A stretch of 63,130 nucleotides of DNA, filler included, from Octopus bimaculoides (GCF_001194135.2; 6 parts of 6 records of this genome joined end to end with filler, not necessarily neighbours in it), one strand, 5' to 3'; positions 12,590 to 24,819 are shown, numbered from the whole stretch's first letter. Notes: a model not told the origin generated them from the sequence alone. Translations and numbers: made by a program.

Positions 12590-14089
12590 GTATATGTATA
12601 TATATATAAATACACATAAATATACATATGTAGAAATATGTATCTATGTGTATATATGTGTGTGTATACACACGCGCACACACACATATATGTGTTTATA
12701 TTTACGCACATTTATGTGTGCATGTATATATATATTAATGCACACACACGCACACAAGTTAGACGGTTGAAAAATTACAGAAGTGATTTAAGGGTGACAG
12801 AATTAAAAAAAGAAAAAAAAACAATTGTGAACACTTTCACAAACACAAATGAACATGAAAAAGAAGTAATATTAGTTTTGGTGAGTTTTATAACAAAAGC
12901 AAAGCAGTAGCTTTTTGAACTTTACAAACCGGAGAGAAATGTTGGTTATGGGTCAGCTCTCATGAAGAAAAAATGACACAGGAAAATAAATAACAAAAAC
13001 GAGTACTCTCTTGCTTGATGAAATCATAAGAATAATGCTGCAGGGAAAGTAACGTATCTCTGTTTTTTCTCAAATCGGCGAGGGTTTAATATGCTTCCAA
13101 AAGAGCAGTTGTAAAAGTTCTGGCCGATGTATGGCCCAATGGGGAATCCTTCAACTGTCAGTCATGCGTATAAGGGTGTATGTATGGTCTTTTAGACCGA
13201 GGACAAAGTGAGGGCGCAAGCAGAGACAGTTCACCGTTGTCGTGCGCATAAGATGACACCGCAGTACATGGAAATACTTAGCACATAGAATGGATTCACA
13301 GACTTTGTCATGGATTTGATATCATCGTCATCTTTGTAGCACAGTACGAGCACTTGGTAAGTGTATCGGTTGGATCCTGAATGAAAGTACATGGTCTGAT
13401 AGCCCTCTCCCCCCTCCGCGAAAACCATAATACTATACTGCAGCTGAATCCCATTGTGGGAGTAGAAGAACGAAGTAACAAGTTTTGGGATACATAGTAG
13501 AAACTTAATCATAATATGTGTGAGAACAAATAACAAAGCGAGTGTTCTTTTGTCCAGAAGGGGCGTAAAACCAAGGAATGAATCAATGAAGACAACAACA
13601 GTAGAGACAGTGAAGACGGCTGCTCCAGTAACCACTTTTTGCTGAGTTCTACCGGTCACAGCTCCGAGGACAGCCGAGTAAATCACATCGTTCTCAGAGC
13701 CGAGATCAAATAATCAGAGAGAGAGCACCGAGAGACTGAGATGTCCCCTTCCCCAGCACAGAGCCTGTTGCTGGCTACTGGAGATGCCGCAATGTGTGCA
13801 CCGATAGAAAAAGATGTAAAATATAGAGATGCGACAAAATATCGAAGACAAGAAAAAGAGTTCATGCGAAAATAGTAAGAAGAGCAGATTGTAGTTTGGC
13901 GTTGCATGAGATTTACGATCGCTGAATCCCCAACAAACGTTTGGTATTTCTAAGAGGCAATAATATGGCAGAGGAGAAATAAGAAAAGAACATGTTCAGG
14001 GTCATGAGACGCATTGACTCAACCTAATAGGAAGCTTCTTACTGGAATAAGGTGAGTTGCCCTTATTTGTTTTACCTCTTTTATTTGTA

Positions 14090-14295
14090 TGAAGGCCGAA
14101 AGGTTTGCAGAATTGCTAAAGCAATTGTAGGAATTGTCCTGGCATTTTATATTCTAAATCCTACCAGGGTCATCTTTGCCTTTCCTTCTTTCGAGGTCGA
14201 TAAAGTAAGTACCGGTTGAGTACAGGAGTCGATGCAATCAACTAGTCACGTCCACTAAAATTGCTACATCTGTACCAAAATTCGAAAGAACTAGT
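14090..14295 (+). mobile_element. SINE family A copy (diverged)
   Basis: ctttgcctttccttctttcgaggtcgataaagtaagtacc core. Confidence 0.7.
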
Positions 14296-15254
14296 ATTAT
14301 TATTTCTTTTCTTTCCTTGGGCTATCTTTGTCACGTCTTAGCTCCTTCCCGTAGCTTAAAGATGCGAGAGCTTAAAGGCGGAAGGGTTCAGAAATGAAGT
14401 TTCCTCTGTCTTTAAATGAACAGTTCGAAGAAATTTTAGTGGATAGATGGCACAATGTTTGTTTCATTGACTGGAGCAGAGGACATAGATATGTGCCTAG
14501 TAGTTAAGCCTGATGAGGAGGCGACAAACAAGCGAGGTCGTACACCACACATCTGTCACAAAGGTCTGTTTTAAATAATTATATCTGGATGATTCACATT
14601 GAAGCTCTTGTTAGACTGGACAAGAATGTCTCGCTACTTCTCAATATGAGCTGAATTGTTTGTATATTTGCTCAATAGATAGAATTGTTAACCTAGATAC
14701 GTCTGTGGATATATTATGTCTTTGAAAGGGCTGGGTAGCAACCGAAATGATGTGGTTAATTGTTTACTTCTACAAATTTCATAATCTGCGATTTATGTTA
14801 ACTTTTTATTCTATTCTTTTTATCTTCTTATACTTTTCTTTGCTCGCCTTTGATCCCACACTGGTAAAATAAAACCTTCCGTTCCTACTTTAAGTTCAAA
14901 GGTTTGAGCTATTGTTGAATTTTATGTAAGTTTACTACCTCTTTGTCAACTATTGCAAGATATTGGCCATGGATTCGTCTTTACTCGTATTTTTCTTTAG
15001 AGAATATTTGGGAATTCTCTATTGATTTTTGTCTTTTTTTTGTTGTTGTAGGTTTTCTTGAGTTTTTTCCTTGCCTAAACAATTTCCACCAGCATAGTCT
15101 AGTTTTCTAGTTTGTACTTTATTGTTTCCTTTGATATACAGAAGATTTTTCTATTTTTTCATGATCATTTATTACACTAATCAGTTTTCCTTTGCGTACT
15201 TCTAAGTATTTTCTAAAAACACTGTTGTTACTTTATATTACTTTTCATCATCAC

Positions 15255-15344
<90 letters not shown>

Positions 15345-15345
15345 T

Positions 15346-15580
15346 TTTCAGTAATTTTATTTTTGCTGGCTTCATTTACTATACTACCGAACACAGCTCT
15401 GTGCCCGTGGGTACGTGCAGTATTTTCACTCAATTTTGTATTCGCTGTTGCATTGAAGGTACTTCTTGTACGCAATATATATGCAATGCCTTGCGGTGCA
15501 TAATTGTAAGTCTTATCGATTTGGCTATGTATTTGTACGATATTTAATCATTCAAAAGATTTTATGTTTTTACATATGCA
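15346..15580 (-). mobile_element. Diverged R4/Dong-like lineage B 3' end abutting (CAT)n
   Basis: ttcagtaattttattt...ctaccgaacacagctctgtgcc matches the lineage B 3' UTR; the flank is (ATG)n on the element's sense strand. Confidence 0.7.
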
Positions 15581-15594
15581 TTACCATCTGTTGA

Positions 15595-15805
15595 ATCTTT
15601 AGCACGCCGGGCGACAAAGTGCTTAGCGGCATTTCATCCGTCTTTACGTCCTGAGTTCAAATTCTGCCGAGGTCGACTTTGCCTTTCAGTCTCTCGAGGT
15701 CGATAAAAAAAGTTACAGTTGAGTGTTGGGGTCGATCGATGTAATCGACTTACCTCATCCCTCGAGAATTCAGGCCCTGTGTCTATGGCAGAAAGGATTA
15801 TCATC
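15595..15805 (+). mobile_element. SINE family A copy
   Basis: tagcacgccgggcga...gccgaggtcgactttgcctttc...caggccctgtg. Confidence 0.85.
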
Positions 15806-16605
15806 TGGTGTAACTGATACTTTGATTTCGAGTCTTATTACTTATTACTTCATGGTCTTTTACAACTATACGCGGTTGTTAAGCCTTGAATTTTGTAGAA
15901 ATTAACATATTCCAAAGAATTGGCATATCCCAAAGTCGCTCTTCCACCCCTGGAATTCGTTTTTTGCGTATGCTTATACTGTCTCTTTTCTATTGATAAT
16001 TCCATATCGATGGCATTAGCTGCAATATATGAAAACCCGAACTCTGTCAAAACTGTAGCTGTTTTCTTCTATGGATCAGACTGGAAAGTCAGAGACAATA
16101 TGTACTTCGATTCATTACAGATTTTCGGTTGTTTCTAGTGGAAAGTCTGAACCTGAGTCACAATCAAGAATTCTTCAGTACAGTAGATCCTGCTTTATAA
16201 TTCCACTGATAATAAATCTACCGGCATAATGTATCCAAAATGGGTTGGGACGGAATTTTTTCACATAAAATCTCTCGTTTAATAAATTCAAACCATCGCT
16301 TAATAAATCCAATTGTCGTTGTTCCTTCCTAAATTGTACTTGTTTTAGTCACTGTTGCAATATTACTTTGTCTATTTTCAAACTGTTAATGTTTTTCAGG
16401 TATTAATCATAATGTCCTGGATAAGACATTAATCTACATCCAGTGGTAATGGCTCAGTTCAAGAGTTCAAAAAAAGTTTTGGGGATATGGAGTTTCCTCT
16501 TAATTAACAATAATTCTAGATCCGCTCAGTTGAGCATTACAGTCACTTGCTCCCGATCCCAAATTTTATGCTATTATTATAATTATTATTATTATTATTA
16601 TTAAA

Positions 16606-16684
<79 letters not shown>

Positions 16685-16707
16685 TCATTATCATCATTAT
16701 TATTAAT

Positions 16708-16922
16708 ATTAGCACGTCGGGCGAAATGCTTGGCGGTATTTCGTCCGTCTTCACGTTTTGGGTTCAAATTCTGCCGAAGTCGACTTTGCCTTTCATCCTT
16801 TTGAGGTTGAAAAAATAAGTATCAGTTCAGTACTGGGGTTGATATAATCGACTATCCCCGTACCTAAAATTTCAGGCCTTGTGCCTATAGTAGAAAGGAT
16901 TATTATTATTATTATTATTATT
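16708..16922 (+). mobile_element. SINE family A copy with (ATT)n tail
   Basis: Full core and agaaaggattattatt tail. Confidence 0.88.
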
Positions 16923-16924
16923 GT

Positions 16925-17186
16925 TCAGTAGTTTTATTTTTATAACGTGCTTTCACTTCACTACCGAGCGCAGCTCTGTGCGCCTTGGGTATGTGCTGTG
17001 ATTTGCTGTGGTGCTCTTATGTTTACTGTATTGAAAGTGTTTTGCGTAGAATGTGTGCAGTACCCAGTAGTGCAATTTTCTGTATGTTATATATATTTGT
17101 AAGTCCTGGTATTTTTGTTATGTATTTGTCTGAATATTTTTTTATTATACCTAAGGCACCTACTATGATAGGAATTGTTTCTGTTT
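16925..17186 (-). mobile_element. R4/Dong-like lineage B 3' end, tail-to-tail with SINE A
   Basis: Near-identical to 6954-7159; encodes IPIIVGALGIIKKYSDKYITK...GTAHILRKTLSIQ*. Confidence 0.9.
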
Positions 17187-17230
17187 NNNNNNNNNNNNNN
17201 NNNNNNNNNNNNNNNNNNNNNNNNNNNNNN

Positions 17231-17242
17231 TTAATTAATTAA
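17231..17242. other. Artificial scaffolding spacer TTAATTAATTAA within an N run (also 26533, 37943, 46203, 62073)
   Basis: Identical 12-mer (stops in all frames) centred in about 100-bp N blocks five times. Confidence 0.95.
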
Positions 17243-17287
17243 NNNNNNNNNNNNNNNNNNNNNNNNNNNNNNNNNNNNNNNNNNNNT

Positions 17288-18536
17288 GCCTCCGTTATCA
17301 TTTATCGTATGACCGTTGTGCCTTGCCCAGTTATTGCTTGATCAAGTTGGAACGTCTCTTGTTCATGTTTTTGTGGAAGGGACGCGCGTTCCAATGGTCA
17401 GGCGGTCAATCTGCTGTCAGCTCCCTCTGAGGCTTAGGCATGCCGTGGCTTTTGATGCGCAGACATGCGCTTAGATTGCGCCATCTGCAACGATTTCTTG
17501 AAGGTGAATGTGTGTGGGCACGTATTTCCGTTTGTGAGGCACGTATTTCTGCAACTCGTCTCTTTGACGGAGCTGCAGTCCTGGGTGAAGGATAGACCAA
17601 GACTGGGCGCCTGACATTTAGAATGTCCTCAGGCGCTCACTGTCTTCTACCAACCGGGAAATAGGATAGGTAGATATTCCACTTTAGCTATTTATAGAGG
17701 ATTAGTAGCGGGAAAGTACAACGACGTCCTAAGGGGGGATTCTGAGCGTTGACGAAGATTAACTGACTAGTCTGTTCCGGAGGACTTCCCGGTCGGAGAC
17801 TATTATGGATAATTTCCAGATGTCTTTGGCCTGGCAGTGCTACCGTAGGCGCTACCTGTTAGAAATAAACTCTACAGGCACGGATGTGCTGTCGGAGGTG
17901 TGCGCAGAGCGACGTAACCGATCTGCATGCTCTCGTTCAGTATCCGGTAATTGCTGACTTGTGGAATTATGTGAAACAGCTTCTGTCGCGTGTGAGAATG
18001 ATGATACTGATGATTGCCCCACCGCCCTTCTTTAATCAAGTAGGCAAGGTAGTTTTCCTTTGCCTGATTGCTGTGACGAAAGAGGTTGTCTGGTAGACAA
18101 GGCTGAAAGGAATGAGAACACAGATATTCCTCTTTGAAAAGGAAAGTAAGGGGGAGAGGGAGGTGCTGTCCTCGCGTAAATTTATGAAAAAGCGGAGAAA
18201 GTTTCACAAATGGCAAGAGTGGATGGTACCACTCTGTGTAGACCTGTGAGCCGGAGGAAAGGAGACGGAAAGATATTTGTCCGTGGTATTCAGGGTGATC
18301 TTGGATGGTGGGGGTCCCTCAATCATCCCTAGTAGTCCTCCTGTATCAGGAGGCACCCCTCCCATCACATTTTTCTCCTTATTGCTATATGCTATGTATA
18401 CTTCACTTCTTTTAATGTATACTGCGTATACTTACTTGATTTTTTTCTGACATTCTAATTTATGGAACCCCGCCAAACTTTATGTCTGCCTTTGTAATGC
18501 CCCCTTCATCCTTAGTCCTGGTCGCAAATAAAATAA

Positions 18537-18540
<4 letters not shown>
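17288..18540 (+). mobile_element. Tx1/L1-like LINE, RT C-terminus, zinc knuckle and 3' UTR, degenerate
   Basis: LERLLFMFLWKG...GLGMPWLLMRRHALRLRHLQRF; CRRCAQSD..DLHALVQ.P.IADLW (CCHC-type); ends aaataaaataatc then (ATT)n. Confidence 0.82.
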
Positions 18541-18592
<52 letters not shown>

Positions 18593-18593
<1 letters not shown>

Positions 18594-18898
18594 GAAAACT
18601 CACGGCTTATTTTGCTGGGAATGATGGAAAGTGTCAGCTGTCCACAGCCAGCAGACTAAGGTGACACTTGTTCACTGGCCATGCTTTAAGAACCCTGCGA
18701 AGAATTCTTGCAGTTCCAAATAATGGTGATTTTTTTAGGTGTTCTCTCTTCACACTTGTACTTTTGTAGGTATTCTACTTTCACACTTCCAAGTGCACCA
18801 ACTACTATTTTGCTCTTCGTAGGCCGTGATTTCCACAGAGCTCCCAATGAATCATTTTTGCCACATTGTCATGGCGTCTTTTGTATTCGCGTTGTGCC
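18593..18898 (-). mobile_element. Internally deleted R4/Dong-like 3' end, lineage E
   Basis: Minus strand: MAQREYKRRHDNVAKMIHWELCGNHGL joined to IVVGALGSV and LFGTARILRRVLK; (TAA)n on both sides. Confidence 0.85.
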
Positions 18899-18904
18899 AT
18901 TATT

Positions 18905-18946
<42 letters not shown>

Positions 18947-18954
18947 AAGTTACC

Positions 18955-20035
18955 CCAACTGCAACGATTTCTGGACGGTGAGCATGTGTGGGCTCCATTT
19001 GTGAGGCTCGTCTTTCCGCAGTTAGTCTCTTTAATGGAGCTGCAGTCCTGGGTGAAGAAAAGACTAAGTCTGGGCGCCTGGCAACTGGGATGTCCTCATG
19101 CGCTCACAACCCTCTACCACACGGGTATTAGGATCCGTGAATGTTCCACTTCAGAAATTTATAGAAGATTAGGGACGATGAAGTGCGATGACCTTCTCGG
19201 AGTGAGTGGGCGCCGACGAAAACTAACGGGTTAGTCTGTTCTGGAGACCTTTCCAATCAGGAACAATGTTACATAAATTTCCAGATGTCCTTAGCCTGGC
19301 AGTGCCACCGGGGAGCGCTACCGGTTCGAGATAAACTCTACAGGCACGGATGTGATGTCAGACGGGTTTGTCTGTGTAGAATGACGAAACTGTTCTGCAC
19401 GCACTCATTCAGCGTCCGGTAATTGCTGACATGTGGGATTATGTCGATAGCTGCTGTCACGTATGGGACGGATCCGTCTGTCGACCGAATCCATAGTGAT
19501 GATTGCCCCGCCACTCTCCTCTAATCGGTCAAGTAAGGCAGTTTTTCTTTGCCTGATGGCGAAAGAGGTTGTTTGGCAGACAAGGCTGAAAGGCATGCGG
19601 ACAGATACATTCCTCTTTGGTAGAGCTCTCATAGACTTTGAGAGTGGAGAGGGAAGTGCTGTCCTCAGGTGAGTTTATTGAAAGGTGAAGAAAGTTGCTC
19701 AAATGGCAAGAGTGAATGGTGCCTCTCTAAGTGCAGACCTGTGAGTTAGAGAGAAAGAATTGGAGAGGGCACTTGGATAGTGGAGTTCCTGGATAATCCC
19801 TAGAGGGCATCCTGTATCAGGAGGGCTACATCTCTGTCAGCCTCTCCCCGCTCATTATTAACTTTTGTATATTATGTATATGTCTTTTCATTTTTTGGTT
19901 GTATACTTACATTAAAAAATTATTTTTTATACAATTATTTTATCATTTCATTATATGTAAACCCCTACACTTTATATCTGTCTTTGTATTGTTCCCCTCA
20001 TCGTTCACCCAGGGGGAAAATAAATGAAACCATTA
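18955..20035 (+). mobile_element. Tx1/L1-like LINE 3' part, same family as 17288
   Basis: GRIRLSTESIVMIAPP...KAVFLCLMAKEVVWQTRLKGMRTDTFLFGRALIDF; same 3' UTR; (ATT)n after the end. Confidence 0.82.
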
Positions 20036-20079
20036 TTATTGATTTTATTATTATTATTATTATTATTATTATCATTATT

Positions 20080-20527
20080 GAGAGAGAAGTGCATGCCATC
20101 AAAATGACACTGAGGTAAAATATACGAAGCCCATTATACCCATCATGACTACCCGTCTGCTAAGGGTACACCAGTCACATGCATCACAACCATATATGCG
20201 CGACATGTTGGTCTCATATCAAGATAAACAGCGCATGACCTTGCAGGTGGGGCCCAGTTAGAATTTTCTTCAGGTCGAGTAGCCCATCCTGCTCAAAAGG
20301 TCCCTGAATAAGGTTTGTTTAAGGATGTTGAGCAAAACACCCATGTTTCCAAAGGTGAATTATTCAAACCCCAAAGAATTCCTCTCAACACATGACTATG
20401 ATGCTCCCCCACTACTTCTGCTCGTGATCAGAGATGCACATATCGTCAGCCACCAAGGGATATGCTCAACTGGTTATGGTCAAACAACTGACAAGCAAAT
20501 CTGTGGTATTGAGCAGAATATTTGCTG
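20080..20527 (-). mobile_element. Non-coding 3' tail of a LINE-like interspersed repeat ending in (TAA)n
   Basis: Complex sequence whose minus-strand end runs into (TAA)n; resembles a common octopus repeat from memory; no coding motif seen. Confidence 0.5.
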
Positions 20528-20766
20528 NNNNNNNNNNNNNNNNNNNNNNNNNNNNNNNNNNNNNNNNNNNNNNNNNNNNNNNNNNNNNNNNNNNNNNNNN
20601 NNNNNNNNNNNNNNNNNNNNNNNNNNNNNNNNNNNNNNNNNNNNNNNNNNNNNNNNNNNNNNNNNNNNNNNNNNNNNNNNNNNNNNNNNNNNNNNNNNNN
20701 NNNNNNNNNNNNNNNNNNNNNNNNNTGGTGGTGGTGGTGGTGGTGGTGGTGGTGGTGGTGGTGGCG

Positions 20767-20797
<31 letters not shown>

Positions 20798-20869
20798 TAG
20801 TAGTAGTATATAGTACATATATGTATTATGTTGATATACGTATATGTATGTATAATAATATACATACAT

Positions 20870-21762
20870 GCGTTTGCGATCTAGGAACAGGAAATATCAA
20901 TCGAGTAAGAGTAGAGATGCAGGAAAAGCCGTAAAATGTGACAACAGGTGCAAACTTTGTGGAATTCACACTGAAGATATCACCCACATTATAAGCAGTT
21001 GTCCGAAACTGTCATCACGGTTTCATCTACCGATGAGACATGACGTTGTAGCTAGGACACTCTATAATAAAATCCGTCGGAAAGATTATGGTAGAAGCTG
21101 TAGCCACTCATAATAAAAAGGAATACTGGTGGAATGTACTAGTGAAGACCTCAGTAAAATGTAAGCACTACAGACCTGATATAATGATTTGAGATAGAGA
21201 AGAGAAACTGCACAGTTGTGGAAATTAGCTGCCCATCGGATGTTAACATAAAGCTAAAAATCAGGGAAAAAGAAAACACATTGCTGAACTATTAAGAAAT
21301 CTGTAGTTACTCTATACAGATTACAAGTTTAGGTTTATACCTGTAATTATTGGGGTCCTGGGATATGTAACACACTGTCTAAATAACAATCTTGAGAAAT
21401 TAGGCTTCTCAAAACCAGAAGGGAGAAAACTCATTCGAAGACTACAGATCCAAACCATCAATGGAACTGTAGAAATCTGTAAAACTTTCCAGAAGTTTAT
21501 CATTTAAATATATACGAGTATGTCTAGATATGCAACTATATGCATGTGAAAACATGCATAAGACATACAAATCTGCTCATACATACATACATACATACAT
21601 ACATACATACATACATACATACATACATACATACATACATACATACAAACAAAAATACCATGTTGTTGATATTGAAATTGCAATGAAAGAACCTTGGATC
21701 TAGGTTAGAAACCGGCTCTTTCTCTATTGGCAAGAAATCTTGAAATATATCTAACAATGACA
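20870..21762 (+). mobile_element. RLE-clade non-LTR retrotransposon 3' portion associated with (TACA)n, lineage D
   Basis: CKLCGIHTEDITHIISSC..RHDVVAR (CCHC), WWN...RPDIMI.D...VEISCP, FIPVIIGVLGY...TFQKFII*. The 3' UTR contains (TACA)n, then a roughly 115-bp module, then (TACA)n. Confidence 0.88.
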
Positions 21763-22530
21763 TACATACNNNNNNNNNNNNNNNNNNNNNNNNNNNNNNN
21801 NNNNNNNNNNNNNNNNNNNNNNNNNNNNNNNNNNNNNNNNNNNNNNNNNNNNNNNNNNNNNNNNNNNNNNNNNNNNCATACATACATACATGCATACATA
21901 CATACATACATACATACATACATACATACATACATACTTACATACATACATACATACATACATACTTACATACATACATACATACATACATGCATACATA
22001 CATACATACATGCATACATACATACATACATACATACATACATACATACATACATACATACATGCATACATACATACATGCACTAAAGAATTATGAGAAC
22101 TTCTAAAGATGTTCACTAAGTTCACATGTCATTATGAATGAGAAATCTTAACTCTTTGGATTTTCGTTATCCTTCGACTGAGAGATAAGATAAAGAGGAA
22201 GTCACGGCAATAACACTTGCACGTGTTAACAAGAATCAAGACATTTAAGGTTGTGCCGAGCAACAGATTTATAGTGTAAGTACGTAGGATGTGGAAGTAA
22301 AATCCAACAAGAACACTTATGAAGAGTGATTAGAATATGAATATACCTTACAACAGGATCGTCACAGTCAAATTGCGAGATTCACAGACCACCTAAATAA
22401 AATATGGTACCCCCAGCATACTGATGGGAAATAAGAGCAATGTATTAGGTGATACAACTAACTGATATATTTGATGAAAATAAGAAGGATGGATATAGAA
22501 TTTGATCATTATAGGTGTGTCTGTGTGTGC

Positions 22531-22561
<31 letters not shown>

Positions 22562-23363
22562 NNNNNNNNNNNNNNNNNNNNNNNNNNNNNNNNNNNNNNN
22601 NNNNNNNNNNNNNNNNNNNNNNNNNNNNNNNNNNNNNNNNNNNNNNNNNNNNNNNNNNNNNNNNNNNNNNNNNNNNNNNNNNNNNNNNNNNNNNNNNNNN
22701 NNNNNNNNNNNNNNNNNNNNNNNNNNNNNNNNNNNNNNNNNNNNNNNNNNNNNNNNNNNNNNNNNNNNNNNNNNNNNNNNNNNNNNNNNNNNNNNNNNNN
22801 NNNNNNNNNNNNNNNNNNNNNNNNNNNNNNNNNNNNNNNNNNNNNNNNNNNNNNNNNNNNNNNNNNNNNNNNNNNNNNNNNNNNNNNNNNNNNNNNNNNN
22901 NNNNNNNNNNNNNNNNNNNNNNNNNNNNNNNNNNNNNNNNNNNNNNNNNNNNNNNNNNNNNNNNNNNNNNNNNNNNNNNNNNNNNNNNNNNNNNNNNNNN
23001 NNNNNNNNNNNNNNNNNNNNNNNNNNNNNNNNNNNNNNNNNNNNNNNNNNNNNNNNNNNNNNNNNNNNNNNNNNNNNNNNNNNNNNNNNNNNNNNNNNNN
23101 NNNNNNNNNNNNNNNNNNNNNNNNNNNNNNNNNNNNNNNNNNNNNNNNNNNNNNNNNNNNNNNNNNNNNNNNNNNNNNNNNNNNNNNNNNNNNNNNNNNN
23201 NNNNNNNNNACGTTAGTGGTCAACGTCATATATAAAAATGTACTTTAATCCCCTGAGATTGCAGATACTGTTTCTGAATCTCTTTGATTCTTTAAATGTC
23301 CTAGCTTCCTGGTAATTAATCGATATTAATTAATATATGATTTTTTGCCATTTTTTTAATAAT

Positions 23364-23398
<35 letters not shown>

Positions 23399-23399
23399 T

Positions 23400-24170
23400 A
23401 ACCCCACCCCGCACCATTTTCTGTAGCCATCCTTCCACCTTTGTGCCTTTCAAACATATCACCCCACCTCCCACTCCTCACATAAATTCATTCTTTACAT
23501 TCCTATCTCTTCTTAACCCTCCCCTACTCCTGTCACACCCCTCATAATATCCTGACCACCAGCTAACACTCCTTTTTTCACTTTCTTACCCTTTTTCATT
23601 TTCTCTTGTTTTCATTTTCTCTTCCTCTTTCTTTCCTTCTTTTCTCACCTTTTCCCTTGACATCTCTCTTCATTTTAACATACACATCTCTGCTCCCCTC
23701 TCTATCTACTTAATACTACCACTACATTCTCAAAATTTCATTCATACCACAAGACCCCTTTGAATGAACAGCACCACCTGGAATCTACGTCCCCACACTT
23801 TCCATTTGTAATGACAAAATATGAACTTCTATCGGAATCTACATACCATGAACAAGAAGCATTTCAACCACTTCTACGCACCACTTTCCTTGGATAATGG
23901 AACTGCAACTATGACATCCTACACATTTTTTATTCTTTTATTTTTTATTTTTACTTTTAGTGTCTTATTTCCCTTTATATCTCTTATTTCCATCCTTTTT
24001 CAAAATAACTCTTTATACTAAACTCTACTATTTCCCTCTATTTAACCATCTCACATCGTCTCTGATGAAGGGATATCCCTAATATCCCAGAAACAGCTGT
24101 AAAACTAACTTTCTGTTTATAAATGTTCTGAAAATTCCACACAGCCTTGGACTTTGTAGTCTCATTTTAG
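23400..24170 (+). mobile_element. Penelope-like pseudo-LTR/terminal fragment carrying a hammerhead motif
   Basis: Pyrimidine-rich block ending in a hammerhead core; similar organisation to 27905-28900 on the opposite strand. Confidence 0.55.
24058..24105 (+). ncRNA. Minimal type I hammerhead ribozyme motif (probably decayed)
   Basis: GTCT-CTGATGA-A-GGGATAT(ccct a)ATATCCC-A-GAAAC-AGCT-GTA-AAAC: both core boxes, 7-bp stem II, palindromic stem III (CAGCTG), GUA triplet, stem I with 3 of 4 pairs. Confidence 0.7.
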
Positions 24171-24306
24171 TTAACATATACATGCTCATACAAGACCTGC
24201 ATTAGACTCCTCACTCGTATCCTTACCGAACTGAGAGTTTAACTAGGGTCCTTCCATAGCACTTACATAGCATTACCTGCCACCTTAGAACTTCTGGATA
24301 CCAATA

Positions 24307-24344
<38 letters not shown>

Positions 24345-24347
<3 letters not shown>

Positions 24348-24724
24348 CACTCCGTCGCATACGACGTCGAGGGTTCCAGTTGATCCGATCAATGGAACAG
24401 TCTACTCGTGAAATTAACGTGAAAGTGGCTGAGCACTCCACAGACATGTGCACCCTTAACGTAGTTCTCGGGGATATTCAGCGTGACACAGTGTGACAAA
24501 GCTGACCCTTTGAAATACAGGCACAACAGAAACAGGAAGTAAGAGTGAGAGAAAGTTGTGGTGAAAGAGTACAGCAGGGTTCACCACAACCCCCCTGCCG
24601 GAGCCTCATGGAGCTTTAGGTGTCTTCGCTCAATAAACACTCACAACGCCCGGTCTGGGAATCGAAACCGCGATCCTATGACCGCTAGTCCACTGCCCTA
24701 ATGACTGGGCCATTGCGCCTCCAC
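24345..24724 (-). mobile_element. tRNA-derived SINE family C, full length
   Basis: Reverse complement of 56624-57000, including the tRNA-like head. Confidence 0.9.
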
Positions 24725-24819
24725 ATATATATATGTGTGTGTGTGTGTGAGTGTGTGTGTGTGTGTTTATATATATATGTATGTGTACTTAAATGTGTCT
24801 TTGAGTATGTTAAAGACCC

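Noticed and set aside
15850-16330. Possible second hAT fossil on the minus strand (TEFGFSYIAANAIDMEL)
   Set aside because: The resemblance is impressionistic; no diagnostic GYDNG, TRW or ERSFS motif was found.
17231-17242. Recurrent TTAATTAATTAA as a biological site or repeat
   Set aside because: Always centred in about 100-bp N blocks; an assembly spacer.
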